DNA of 64,000 bases from contig NC_082709.1 in the NCBI RefSeq assembly GCF_030144855.1, forward strand, positions 38,564,001 through 38,628,000. The letters are read 5' to 3'. This DNA is from Hypanus sabinus. Its lineage: Eukaryota. The position numbers and the translations under genes were made by a program. Shown here piece by piece: positions 37,299-50,700 of this stretch (positions within the stretch are counted from its first letter, which is position 1; each line of letters opens with the position of its first letter). Below the pieces are notes generated by a model. The model worked only from the letters and a program-made list of their open reading frames with translations. It searched no databases and was not told where the DNA came from.

Positions 37299-40200
37299 GT
37301 GAGGAGCTAAATTCTTCTTAAAATTTTATTTTTGCACACACCATTTGGAGTATAAACATTGATCAGATGCATATTTTAATGAAGTCATCGTTTACCTTAT
37401 GACTTAACTCTTCATTTAAATAGAATGTCAGAGTCAGGATTAATATTACTGCATATATACATATATATGAGTGTGTGTGTGTGTGTATAAAATAGTTAAA
37501 TAAGTAGTGCAGATAATATAAATAAATAAGTATTGAAGTAGTGTTCATGGTTTCAATGTCCATTCAGAAATTGGATGGCAGAAGGGAGGAAGCTGTTCTT
37601 GAATTATGTCCTCGTGCTTCTCTATCTCCTTCCTGAAGATGGCAATGAGAACAAGGCTTGACCTGGGTGTTGTAACTTCCCTGAAAAGCACATTCAATTA
37701 TCCTCACTTTAAAATAATTCTAACCTCAAATGTGGCCTGATGTGGAAATAGAATTGGAATTAATTTGTTGAGTACTTCTGCGCTTAGAACACAAATTTCC
37801 CATTGTTAGTCAAAAACTACATTTCCTGGTGTAAGGTTACCCCTGGACCTTTAAACTTTAAAAACTTTACATCCTGTAAGGATGAGTTGATCTGCTAAGT
37901 CCAATGTTGCTGCTGACCTAATCTCTTCTGATTTCTTATCCCTGAATTCATTAGTCAGTGATCTTTTCTCTTCAGTTACAGTTATCCTTATTGTGATTAT
38001 TTTTGCTTCCATCTCTAATTGTATACCCATATATCCTTACAGCAAATGCTGCTTGTTTTGAAATACTTTTACTTTCCATCTCATAAATTTTTAACCAACT
38101 TCTGCTTTCTATTTATTTTCCAAATGCCTCCAAGTACTGAGTCACATTGATCTTTGCCCATAACACAGACCACAAATTATTGTAGATGATAAGAATATGA
38201 AATAAAAACAGAAAATGCTGTAAACATTAATGTTAATGTTAACCCAGTTATGTTAGAATTAACTTCTGTTTGAAATGTAATATTTTGTTAACTTAAGCTG
38301 TATTAACCAAAATTGGTATTTTTGTCCCAAGTGTATGTAGTATGGTTAAATGAGAAATTGTCCACAAGGTATAGTAAAAACTCCAATAATTAGGTACACT
38401 GGGAACTTTGATGGTGGTCTGGCAGGTTTTTGGAATTTTATTCCAATTAATACTTCAACACTCTTGTTAATTCATCTTCTTTAAAATGTTACACAGTAGT
38501 ATCCTAAACTTCCAACAAACTTGACATATTAATGGGGGAATGGAAACCTGCACCCCGTGTCAGTTAGGTGCTAAACCTTTAGGATTACCAAACAATGAGA
38601 TAGCAGATTATTATTGTTTTCTTATAACATTGGGTAGTAGAGTGCATTTTCACTTAACTAATGTTAGCAGGCTTGGGAATGAAAAGCTGTATAAATTGTT
38701 TGCTTCTAGGTGGTGTTGACTGGGATTGGTGCTGATGAACAACTTGCAGGTTATTCTCGTCACCGCATCCGCTACAAAACATCTGGATTTGAAGGCCTGG
38801 TCAAAGAACTGGAGATGGAACTTGATCGCATCTCCTCACGTAATCTTGGAAGAGATGACAGAGTCATTGGTGACCACGGGAAAGAAGCAAGGTGAGATTT
38901 TTTTTGTCAGCTTCTTGGAAGTGCTTAGATATTAAAATATACAGTAATTAACGTGCTGGATCCACCCAGTAGATCAAATAAGATAAGAAACGTGAACAAC
39001 ACACACAAACTGCTGGAGGAACTCAGCAGGTCAGACAGCATCTATGGAAAAAAGTACAGTCGATGTTTTGGGCCGAAGTCCTTCGGCAGGACTGGAGAAA
39101 AAAAAGCTGAGTAGATTTGAACAGTGGGAGGAGGGAAGAGAAGTAGCCTCCCAATCTACCTCATGCCTCACCAATATAAGAGAGGCCACACTGGGAGCAC
39201 CACACACAGTATATAACCCCAACAGACTCACAGGTGAAGAGTTGCCTCACCTGGAAGGACTGTTTGGGCCCTGAATGGTAGTGAGAGAGGAGGTGTAGGG
39301 ACAGGTGAAGCACTTGTTCCGCTTGCAAAATATGTGATACTGTTCAGGTTGATTCATAAGACTGGGAAAAAGAAAATGATTTAGTTTTGAGCTTCAGATA
39401 AGGTGAGGAGAGAATGCACAAGAGCAAGTGAGTATCTGTGAATCAAGACAAGGTTTTTGTGCTGTCCTGTGGTCAAGGGGTTAAAGGGGACAGATGGAGA
39501 GTGATAATACAAACAAAGTAACTTTAATGTCTTGCAGGGGTGTGGGACATGCATGAAAGTAACTTTGCTGTAGGAGAAAGAAAAACTGAGCTAGTATCTT
39601 ACATACATTACAGAAGACATAACGAGTTCTGATGAAGGATAGAATAAGTAGGTTGCCTGAAAATTAAAAAAAACTGCAAGTGCTGGAAATCTTAAATTAA
39701 TTACGAAGATGGAGAATTCAATATTGAACCTGGAAGGTTACATTGGGATTGGTTTATTATTATCTCATGTACTAAGGAAGAGTGAAAACTTGTCTTGCGT
39801 ACTGGTAATGCAGAGCAATTCCTTACTCAGTGCATCAAGGTAGTACAAGGTAAAATGACAATAGAATGCAGAATAAAGTGTAACATCTACAGAGAAAGTG
39901 CAGTGTGGTTCGACAATAAAATGCAAGGTCATAACGAGGTAAATTGTGAGGTCAAGAGTTCATCTTATTACTAGGGAGCCATTCAAAAGTCTTATAATAG
40001 TGGGATTGAAGTCTAATGGTAATGTACATTCAGGCTTTATCTTCTGCCCAATGGACGAGTGTCTAGGGTTGCTGATTGCTTTGCTGAGGCAACAAGATGT
40101 GTAGGCAGAGTCTGTGGAGGGTAGTCTGGTTTCTGGGATGTGATGAGCTATGTCCACAACTCAGCAGCTTCTTGCAGTCATGAGCAGAGCAGTCGCCATA

Positions 40201-42066
40201 CCATGCCTTGATGCATCTGAATAAGATGCTTTCTGTGATGCACCGATAAATATTGGTGAGGGTCAAAGGGGACGTGCTAAATTTCCAGTAGAAACACCGG
40301 AAAGCTTTCTTGGTCAACATCATCTACATAGCACCAGGGCAGGCTAATGGTAATGTTCTGTCCTAGGAACTTAAAGCTCTGAACCCTCTTGACCACAGCA
40401 TCATTGATGTAGACAGGAGATTGTGCACTGCCCACCTTCCCACCCCTGAAGAAGTTCATGACCAGCGCTTTTACTTTGCTGACGTAGCAGGAAAGGTCAT
40501 TGTCATGATACCATGTCCCAAAGCTCCATTTCCTTCCTGAACTTTACCTTGTTATTTGAGATACGGCCCACGTTGGTGATATCATCTGTAAACTTGTAGA
40601 TGGAGTTGGAGCAGTATCTGGCCACGCAGTCATGAGTGAGTGTACAGGGAATAGAATAGGGGACTGAGGATGCAACCTTGTAGAGCACCAGTGTTGAAGG
40701 TAATCACGGCAGAAGTGTTGCTGCCTATTATTACTGATTGCAGCCTGTTGGTCAGAAAGCCAAGAACCCAGTTGCAAATGGAGGTGTTGAGTTGCAGTCT
40801 AGAAGTTTGGAGATAAGTGCTTACGATCAGCGCTGAAGGTGAAACTGTATTTAATAAACAAGAGTCTTTAGTGTCCAGATGCTCCAGAGTTGAGTGTAGA
40901 GCTGGGAAGATGACATTTGCCATAGACCTGTTTCTGCAGTAAATGCATTGCAATGGCTCAAGGTTGCCTGGGAGGTTGGAGTAAATGTGTGCTATGACCA
41001 GCCTCTCGAAGCAGTTCTTGGTGGTGGATGCCAGAATCACCAAAACGTAGTCACTAAGACAAGATTACCTTGTTTTACTTTGATGCTGAGATGTTAAGGG
41101 TCTTGTTAAAAAAAGATGGGAACCTCAGAGTGAAGCAGGGAGAAGTTAAAGATATCCGTAAGCAGCTATTCAACACAGGATCTAAGGACAAGGCCAAAGA
41201 CATCATCCAGACCAGGTGCCTTCTGCAGATTCCTTCGTGGAAAATCGATCTCACGTCCAAACTGGTGATTGTCGGCTCGGGTGCATTGGAGCTTGTCAGG
41301 ATAGAAGGTGACATTCCATTCCTCTTCAAAATACGCAGTTCAGGTCTTTCAGAAGGGACGTGCTGCTGTCAGAGATGGGTGCTGTTCCGCAGGGTTCCAT
41401 TGGGCCTAGTTATGTCAGTGAATGGCAACCTCTATTCTCGGTATCAATCTGGATCTCAGATTTTTCACAGCTTTCGTGCTTGTATTAAATGAATACAAAT
41501 TAACCTTACATAATGAAGTAAACAATACGATAGCATAATAAGAAGCATTGATATGAGTGGATAGGCATAAGATCAGACTGCTGAATTCAACAGTATTAAG
41601 AAAGCTGGATGGAACTGTCACAGTCAGGAATTCAACCGGCATTGGCCATTGAATAACGATAAGCCTTTGGGGCTAATGATTTGTCCAAATTAACACTAGT
41701 CCAAGTAAGCAAGGAGAAAAAAAACGTACAAGTTACAAAATTACCAGGAAATTCTATTTGCCGTTGGAATAAAAGTACTATAAATAATTATTGTATTTGT
41801 ATCACTTCAGGTTTCCATTTTTGGATGAAGGGGTCGTTTCTTTTCTAAACTCCCTTCCTGTGTGGGATAAAGCAGATTTGACTCTACCTCATGGGATTGG
41901 CGAAAAGCTGCTACTACGAATGGCTGCAAGAGAACTGGGCCTCTCAGCATCTGCTACTCTGCCAAAGAGAGCAATGCAATTTGGATCTAGAATCTCAAAG
42001 ATGGAAAATCATAAGGAAAAGGCCTCTGACAAATGTAGCAGATTATTGCAAAACATGGGGGATTAG
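35862..42066 (+). CDS. ASNSD1: Asparagine synthetase domain-containing protein 1, 624 aa, join(35862..37298,38710..38891,41811..42066)
   Basis: N-terminal MCGI (Ntn-type glutamine amidotransferase Cys2), [23 protein letters not shown]-binding [32 protein letters not shown] and KRAMQFGS motifs. Exons of 1437+182+256 nt splice in phase. Confidence 0.97.
38710..38891 (+). CDS. ASNSD1: ASNSD1 second coding exon
   Basis: ttctag| acceptor; [15 protein letters not shown]...GKEA; AG|gtgaga donor in phase 2. Confidence 0.96.
38995..39330 (-). mobile_element. Penelope-like element fragment (GIY-YIG endonuclease remnant plus terminal repeat)
   Basis: Minus strand reads [11 protein letters not shown]...[24 protein letters not shown], followed by the same terminal repeat with a degenerate hammerhead at about 39056-39095. 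Confidence 0.8.
39745..41510 (-). mobile_element. Rex1/Babar-like LINE (RT region) in the last ASNSD1 intron
   Basis: [41 protein letters not shown] and YRCITESIL motifs. Confidence 0.82.
41811..42066 (+). CDS. ASNSD1: ASNSD1 last coding exon
   Basis: cttcag|G completes Arg; FPFLDEGVV...QNMGD* with TAG at 42064-42066. Confidence 0.96.
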
Positions 42067-42441
42067 TTGTCTTTGCTGTTTAACAGTAAATATTTAAAGG
42101 TTTTGCTCCATTAACTGAAAACACAGCAAAAATTGGAGGACTAGTTGTTTTTGTTTGAGACTTCTATAATATATAATTATACAGTTAAGTGAATAATTTA
42201 ACCTGGTATTGAGATATTCTGGTATACTTGATTGTTTAAAAAAAAGTTAAGAGTATTTTTATCTTTCATTATTTTTCCTTTCTCCAGTCAAGCAACCAGA
42301 AAATATTAGCTACACCCTACCTCAAACTGATTCAGACAAAAAGTAATTAAATGTGCTAAGGAAACTCCTTGAGGCTAAGGGAAGCGGTTTGTCTTCAATT
42401 TCAGCAATTAATGCAATGTGTCTGCCTATATATTTAATCTG

Positions 42442-42447
42442 AATAAA
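42442..42447 (+). terminator. Candidate ASNSD1 polyadenylation signal
   Basis: AATAAA about 375 nt after the stop codon, followed by T/GT-rich sequence. Confidence 0.45.
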
Positions 42448-43369
42448 TGCTAAATCTGGCACTTTGTTTTTAAATATGGTCAAGGTACCTCAGTATTTTA
42501 ATAGATTAATGACATGGATATCCCAGTGAATTTCTAATAGAACTTGCATATATATTTTGGTATCTCTAATGTTATCTTTTAACATTAACGTCAGTTAGTT
42601 GTGTGACACAGTTTCATTTTTCCACTGTTTAACAGATACAAGAAAAAACATGGGGACTAAAAATATTTTCTGACACACAATTTGTGCTGGGAATTTAATG
42701 TAAGATTTCCAGCATTTACTGCTAACTAGTGTGCAAAATGGTATTATATTGCTGAGTTTATTTTACAACTATTAGCTGTATTACTTCACAATATTAATAC
42801 AAGTACTAATTTACAAAACCAATCGTGCATGAACTGTTTTAGATATTGGAGAAGTAATCACAATATATTGGTGTTTGCCACCATAACATTGTGGAACAGA
42901 CAAACATTAGTATTTATTCTGTTTCATCTGCACAACTTGGTCCTGATTCATCTGTTACCCACTGTTTGTAGTCTGCTGTTTCAACCTCATATTTTATTTC
43001 TATCTTGTGAGCACAGAAACAGGGTTTTTGGCTTGTGCTGCCCATTGAGATCTCTCTGGTAAAGCAGATTTCAGGTAGATCTGTGCCCCTTGTACCTGGT
43101 TCCGTGTGGCCTGCATGTTTACCTCTCCTTAAAGATAATGGAAGTTTCATGCAGATGTGTAGAAATACCAAATCATTTATGGGTATTTCAGCATACCTTT
43201 GCAGGCCCCACTCTACGACTTTAATTGAAGTGAGCCAAAATAAATAATTTACATGAACTTCAGCTTCTTATGAACATGCCACTGTATCATTTCTGAAATC
43301 TTGTGTAAAGGTACATAAAGTCTGAACGAGTTTTAGTGATATACCCTGTACCAATTTTTAACTGCAGGT

Positions 43370-45940
43370 TGGACCATAAGAGATAGCAGAATTAGGCAAT
43401 TTGGCCTGTCAAATCTGCCCCACCATTTCATCATGGTTGATCCAATTTTCCCTTCAGTCCCAGTCTCCTGCCTTCTCCCCATATCCCATAATACTTGACC
43501 AATCAAGAATCTAATAATCTCTTCCTTAAATATACATAAAGACTTGGCCTCCACAGCGACCTGTGGCAAAGAACTGCACAGATTCATCATTTCACCATTT
43601 GATAGGTTTCAATGAGGTCACCCCTCATTCTTCCGAATTCTAGTGAACACAGGCTTAGAGCCATCAAATGCTCCTCATATGACAGGTAATTCAATCCTGG
43701 AATCATTTTTATGAAGTTCCTTTGAACCCTCTCTATTTCAGCACATCCTTTCTAAGTTGAGGGGCCCAAACCCGCTCACAATACTCCCAAGTAAGGCCTT
43801 GCCAGTGCTTCATATCCCTGAATTAATATGTTCTAGTCCTCTTGAAATGAATACAAACATTGCATTTGCCTTTGACTCTACCTGCAAATTAACCTTTAGG
43901 GAATGCTGCACAAGGACTCCCAAGTCCCTTTGTGTTTTGCATTTTCCTTCCATTTAGAAAATAGTCAATCCTTTCATTTCTTCTACCAAAGTGCATGACG
44001 ATACACTTCCCAATATTGTATTCCATCGGCCACTTTGTCCATTCTCCTAATCTGTCTAAGTCCTCCTGTAGCCTCCCTACTTTATCAAAACTACCTGCCC
44101 CTCCACTGATCTTCATATCGTCTGCAAACTTTGCAACCATAAAACATAGGAGCAGAATTAGGCCATTCAGCCCATTGAGTTTGCTCCAACATTACATCAT
44201 GGCAGATTCTAGATCCCACTCAAACCCATACACCTGCCTTCTTGCCATAGATTCACTACTCACTGGCCAAAAATTCCTCCTTACCTCCATTCTAAAAGGT
44301 CACCCCTCAATTTTGAGGCTGTGCCCTGCAGTTCTGGATAGCCCCACCAAAGGAAACAATCTTCACATCCAGCCTACCTAGTCCTTTCAACATTCGGTAG
44401 GTTGCAATGTGATCCTCACGCATTCTTCTAAATTCCAGTGAGCACAGGCCTAAAGCTGCCAAATACACCACATGTTAACCCCTTCATTCCCAGAATCATC
44501 CTTATGACCTTCCTCCGGACTTTCCAATGACAACACATCCTTTCTGAGATATGGCAGTCAAAACTGTTGACAATATTCCAAGTGCAGCCTGACTAGTGTC
44601 TTATAAAGGCTCAGCATTATCTCCTTTTATATTTTATTCTCCTTGAAATAAATGCCAACATTGCAATTACTTTCTTTACCACATACTCAACCTGTAAATT
44701 AAACTTATGGAGTTTTGCATGAGGACTCCAAAGTCCCTCTGTACCCGTGTATTATCATTCATTTCCCAACACTGTATTCCATCTCCCACTTTTTTGCCCA
44801 TTCTTCCAATTTGTCAAAGTCCTGCTGCAATCTCATTGCTTCCTCAACACTACCTACCCCTCCACCTATCTTTGTATTGTCCGCAAACTTTGTCACAAAG
44901 ACATCAATTCCATTATCCAAATCATTGACAAACTGAAAAGTAGCGGTCCCAATACTGACCCCTAAGGAAGACCACTAGTCACTGGTAGCCAACCAGAAAA
45001 GGCCCCTTTTATTCCACTTGCTGCCTCTTGCCTGGCAGCCATTCCTCAATCCATGGCAGTATCTTTCCTGTAACACCATAGTATTCTATCTATGTTATTA
45101 ATTCCATAATATAAATCATTGACCTATAACAAAAAGAGCCGGTCCCAATACAGACCCCTGTGGAACACACTAGTCACCAGCCGCCAATCAGAAGTGGCTC
45201 CCTTTATTACCACACTTTGCTTCCTGCCAATCAGCCACTGCTTTATTCCTGCTAGAATCTTTCCTGTAATATCATGGGCTCGTGCCTTGTTAAGCAGCCT
45301 CAAAGGCACCTTGTCAAAGGCCTTCTGAAAATCCAAGTATTGTACACAACATGAACCAATTCTCCTTTGTATATCCTGCTTGTTATTTCTTCAAAGAATT
45401 CCAGCAGATTTGTTGGGCAAGATTTTCCCTTGAGGAAACCATGCAGACTAAAGCCCATTTTATCATGTGTCTCCAAATACCGAGACCTCAACCTTAATAT
45501 CTGACTCCAATGTCTTCCCAACCATTAACTGGCCTATAGTTTCCTTTCTTCCGCCTCTATCCCTTGTTGAAGAGTGGAGTGACATTTGCAATTTTCCAGT
45601 CTTCTGGAACATTTCCAGAATCTAGTGATTCTTGAAGGATCATTACTATGGCAGAATCTCTTTAACCACCTCTTTCAGAACCCTAGGGTGTACACAAGTT
45701 GGTCTAGGTGACGTACCTAAACCCCAAAAACCCTCTCCCTAGTAATGGTAACTTCAAACACTTCATGACCCGACACTAGAAGCTTCCATCATATTGCTAG
45801 TCTCTTCCATAGTGAAGACTAAAGCAAAATACTTATTCAGTTCGTCTGCCATTTTCTTGTCCCCCAGTACTACCTCTCCAGCATTATTTTCCAGCTGTCC
45901 ACACTTTGTGTATTGAAAGAAACTTTTGATACCCTCAATA
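43370..45940 (-). mobile_element. Stacked CR1 fragments
   Basis: KFADD, DFQKAFDKVP and HGFLKGKSC motifs; at least two CR1 3' ends nested in each other. Confidence 0.82.
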
Positions 45941-47692
45941 GTTTCGCAAACTATTGAATCCTAAAGATTTTCTTTTGTGTAGTGTTAATTTCCTGATGTT
46001 TCATATACACATTTAAAATAAAACATTTGCTTTATCTTCTGCTTTAATTGAGTGTATGTTTCTGTGTAAATATAACTGAAATTTTCTTTCTGATTTCCTG
46101 TCCATGAGATCTAATGAATTTGATTACTCAGCCAGCTCAATATCACCATCTGCCTGGCCTTGAAGCTCAATAAAACTGCTAGCAGTGGGCATCACATACA
46201 AGGAATTCTTGTCTCAGAGATCGCTGTTTTTCTCCCCCCCCCCCCCCCCCCCGAGTTCTGTGGCAAGTGATGTCACTTAGCAGTTTCCTCAAAATATGAG
46301 CCAGTGCATTTAAAATTTAATGGTAGTAATTCTATAAATCTGCTCAGAAGATAATCTTAAGATAAGGACACAATATTGTAACCTCTATCTTTCAAATTCT
46401 TAATCCATCAAAAGAAAATGGAAATACTGTACTATGAAATATTTTCTGTTATTTTTGAATAAGGTAGAATATCTGAGAAAGGCTCTGACTCAGATATAAT
46501 AAAAGCATTTTCAGTAATTGTGGCTTTATAGCTAGTAGTTTAAAAAAATATAGTGTCAATAGCACTTTACTAGTAAAAGAGCTGCAGGTAGGAATTGCTA
46601 ACTAATTAATGTTCATAAAAATAATCAAACTATTCCAATAATTATGGTCTAGAGTTTTGGAAATTTAAAATATTAAACTAACATTTTCAAGATCATTTGC
46701 ATCACGTTGTTTCCCATCAATTTTAAATGGATACTAAAGGATAAAAGAGCAGACAGCATGAATGTTGTGCTACCGATTTATCTGATTGCAAAAAAATTAC
46801 ATGAAAATTGGCACCTCTTAAGTTGTCCTGAATATATTAAGCATCCCTACAAAATACAAATCTCTCTTTGTAGTTATAAAATGCATATTATTTTATTAAA
46901 ACAAAATACTGGTGATAGTCGTGCATGGTTACTTTCAACAATATACAGTTCACTGTCAGCAAATTATAAATATAAATCTTATTATTTGTCTGATATAAAA
47001 GGTTGTTTGAAATTCTATCAATATGCCTCAGTTCTATAAGTCTTCCAGTCAACTCTACCTAAATAATCTGAATTTCATTTTATTAAGTTCATTTTTAATG
47101 TCAGTATGGAATCTGTTCCAAAGTAACATCAACAATTAGAGTAATAATTTCAGTTTTTATAATCATGTGCATAATAGAAAGTACATCCCAGAGGAAGACA
47201 CTGGCTTTTGTAGGACTGGAATAGATTAATTCTCCCGACATGAGCTCTATACTTGATTGCAAATGCAGTAAAAGTTCTTTTATCACTTCATGTTCTCCAA
47301 AAAAATTGCCTGAAGGTTTATAATTTACAAATACATTTTCATTGCACCATTCAAAAAGAGTAAAAAATTATATAAAGACTTAAGAAATTTTATGGAAAAT
47401 TTTTAAAAGCTGAGAATGTTTCATCATTCTTCTGACATTCTATCACTGTTCAACTGAGAAAAAATGCATTCCTTTAAGTTTAACTAAGGTGAGAAATCTA
47501 CAAAAGTGTATTTCTGGTTTGTAGTTGCTCAGTACTACAATGATAACATTTAGTTTAAACAATAATTCAGAACATGTAATTGGAAGGCTTCATTAAATGT
47601 TTGGTGCCAGACCATATTCTCTATTAACAATAACAAAAGAAGTAGTCACAAGTTTAAAAAGAACTTAATTGGAATGACTAATAACTTTACAA

Positions 47693-47798
47693 TCAGATTG
47701 CACCACAAGACTTCTGGAAATACTTAGTACATTCAATGTACGATGGAAGATTTCCAACATCAAATCGGCCACATACGTGATGGACAAACACTGGTTTC
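47693..47798 (-). CDS. Nucleotidyltransferase coding exon 8 (KPVFVHHVCGRFDVGNLPSYIECTKYFQKSCGAI*)
   Basis: attgcag| acceptor; TGA at 47695-47693. Confidence 0.9.
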
Positions 47799-50700
47799 CT
47801 GCAATATAAAAAGCAGAAGTAGCAAAATGGCATAAATATTTTAAATTAATTTAAAAATAAACATTATTACCTTGTGTAGAGCCAAAGCAAAAATTTTCCA
47901 GGCGCATCTCTCTCTTCCAGCGGTGAATTCTAATGAAAATAAATAATTTAAAAGAAGTGTTTTGTAAAAATTACTGAAATACATAGTCCTTATATTTTCC
48001 CACGGAATTCTAAATTGATAAATTGAATGAAAGGAAAATATGTTCTTGGAAACTTTGGGGCCTTTGAGTAGGTATAGCTGTCAACGTATTTGATTCCAGC
48101 AAATAATTTCAATAGAGTCTTCCCATCAAAATAATAGTAATGAATGGTCTTCAAAGCACTGATTGTATATTTGAACCATGTTGTGGACATATTTATATGA
48201 AGATGCAGTCCCTGTTCTATATTCTAAATTAAAGTGAATAAAATATAAATACTGTTCAAATATGTTACTGTTAATATGTTACTAAATCTACACAGATAAT
48301 GTAGAATGGGATTTGCACTAAAATGATTAAATGTTGTACTAATAATTAAGTGGTACAAATATTCATCAATTTGATAAATGCCCAACATTTCTCTAGTTAC
48401 AACATAACTTAAACATACTTTTTAAAAAGAATAGATTGAACTTAATCTTATTGATGTTGACACTTACTTGTTTCTCTTGAAGAAATTTTGCAATCAATGG
48501 AACTGTATTTTTTGAATATATGTAAAAACATGGGCACTGGAAGATAGAAAATTGATGTGAATGAAGAACTGTGAATATTCAACTAGATTAGTTTTGAATC
48601 TAATATTTTAACTTAAAGAATTCAAAGATTAGAATGTAAATATGGTTCCACAAGAAATCATTAGCAGGAAGTGATGCTTTTGAAGTAACATTTTCCAAAG
48701 AAGCTTTTTAAAGAAAAATATGTGATCAAGAAATGTCATGTTAGAGATTAAAAATCTTACTGCATTGCGAGATGTTGTTTCAGTAGAGCTGGGTTTTTCT
48801 TTAAATCCAGTGACTTGCAACTTTTCATTTATTTCTAAGATGCCAAATTTTGTGGTTTCTGAGGAGAGAAATTGTTAGTTTTCTCAAAGATTGGTTCAAG
48901 AAAGAAATAAAATTTGTAATAAATTTTTGAATTGACCTTCATCTTTGCATGGGTATGACAACACCAAACTGCTTTCACAGTTAATATTCTGCAGGTCAGC
49001 AAATTTTTCAAGGATATCCGAAAGAATGAAGTCCTCATAGAATAATGTATCCCTGATAAAAAAAATATAAGTAGTCAAAGTGAAAGCTGGAACAATTGAT
49101 TTAAAAAGCAGTGGGTTGAATTGATTGAAACCTTTTTGTCATCTCCAAATTTAACTATAGCAAGATTTTACTCTTCCCCTCCTTGCATAAATTTAAGCTC
49201 AAGTTAAATTTTGAAGCCTATGTTGTGACTCGGACCAGGTTCATGGCCTAAATTGGTTTCTGGTCCCGAGAGACTACAGATGAAAATAGAACTAGCAAAG
49301 GAAAATAAATGGTAATGACATAATGAAATGGGAAGATAAATTATGATAGTTTATCATGTCAGTCTTTAAGTAATATTTGTACAGGTAGAGACGACTCTTT
49401 CTGTGCTTTCTACAGTTCAGAAATATGAGAGACAATCTTATTTAAAGACCACACAGATATGTTAAAGGTTAAACTGTGAAGAAATAATACAAAACAAATT
49501 ACATTTTGATGACTAACTTATTTTGTTCTTTGAGTTGTTTATCAGTACTACTGTTATAAGCAAATACCATAGAATAATAGCAGCTACAGACTAATGTTAA
49601 ATATTAATATACTTTGTAAAAAGCTGATATGGTTAATTAAAATTGAGGTTAAATATTGCATATTTTAAATCATTATTTTATTTTAAAACCTTTAATAGCC
49701 ATTTATTGTGCTCATTATTATTGCTTACCCGCCAATAACCAATATATGATCATCGATGTTAAACTGAGTAATGACAAGCTGAAGACAAGCAATTGCACCT
49801 AAACGTTTCTAAAAAGAGAACAAGCTGATTTTAAGCAGGCAAGAAAACTCCAAAAAATAGTAAATTATAAAATTTACACATCATACAACATTTTAATCAC
49901 TATTTAAAAACAAAAATCTTGTAAATGTGAGGACACATGTTTCTTTCCTTGGCACTTTGCAAAGAGGTCCCTTGGATAATTAAGATTTGTAAAATACCCA
50001 TTATATTTAAAAATTACAGATGGTCAATATACATAATGGAATGAACCCAAGTCTTGTGTCAGGTTTCATTACAATTATAGTCTCCAATCAATAAATATGG
50101 TTAATATAAGTTTGTAACTACCCTGGTTTGAGTATCTAGAAACAGGATCCTATCTCAATATATAAGGGATGATGGGACAAGAGATGAAACTATTTTGAGG
50201 GTAACAAATCTTCGGGGGGGGGGGGGCAGAAAAATTTCTTTCTGTACACTTAAGTTTTTATCATTTTACGCTTAAGACAGAAGTTAATATAGTCTTAGAT
50301 ATCAAGTAGAATTGGTTAGCGCAGAAAAGTGGCAATGAAGTTTAAAGGCAATCTGATCTTATTGAATGGCAGAGCATGCACAAGGAGCTAAATTATAACT
50401 TAGAATGTATGTACAAACCCCATTTCCAGAAAAGTTGGGATATTTTCCAAAATGCAATAAGAACAAAAATCTGTGATATGTTAATTCACGTGAACCCTTA
50501 TTTAACTGACAAAAGTACAAAGAAAAGATTTTCAATAGTTTTACTGACCAACTTAATGTATTTTGTAAATATACACAAATTTAGAATTTGATGGCTGCAA
50601 CACACTCAACAAAAGTTGGGACAGAGTTAAAATAAGATTGAAAAGTGCACAGAATATTCAAGTAACACCGGTTTGGAAGACTGCACATTAAGCAGGCTAA

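Noticed and set aside
46234-46252. C19 run (also G13 at 50214-50226)
   Set aside because: Simple homopolymers with unreliable length and no supporting context.
47101-47310. Minus-strand open frame after a ttcag acceptor, a possible alternative last exon
   Set aside because: No family motif, and exon 47693-47798 already completes the domain; probably 3' UTR.
47990-48222. Minus-strand ORF inside intron 6 of the nucleotidyltransferase gene
   Set aside because: It ends in a stop and would disrupt the protein; the flanking exons join in phase without it.
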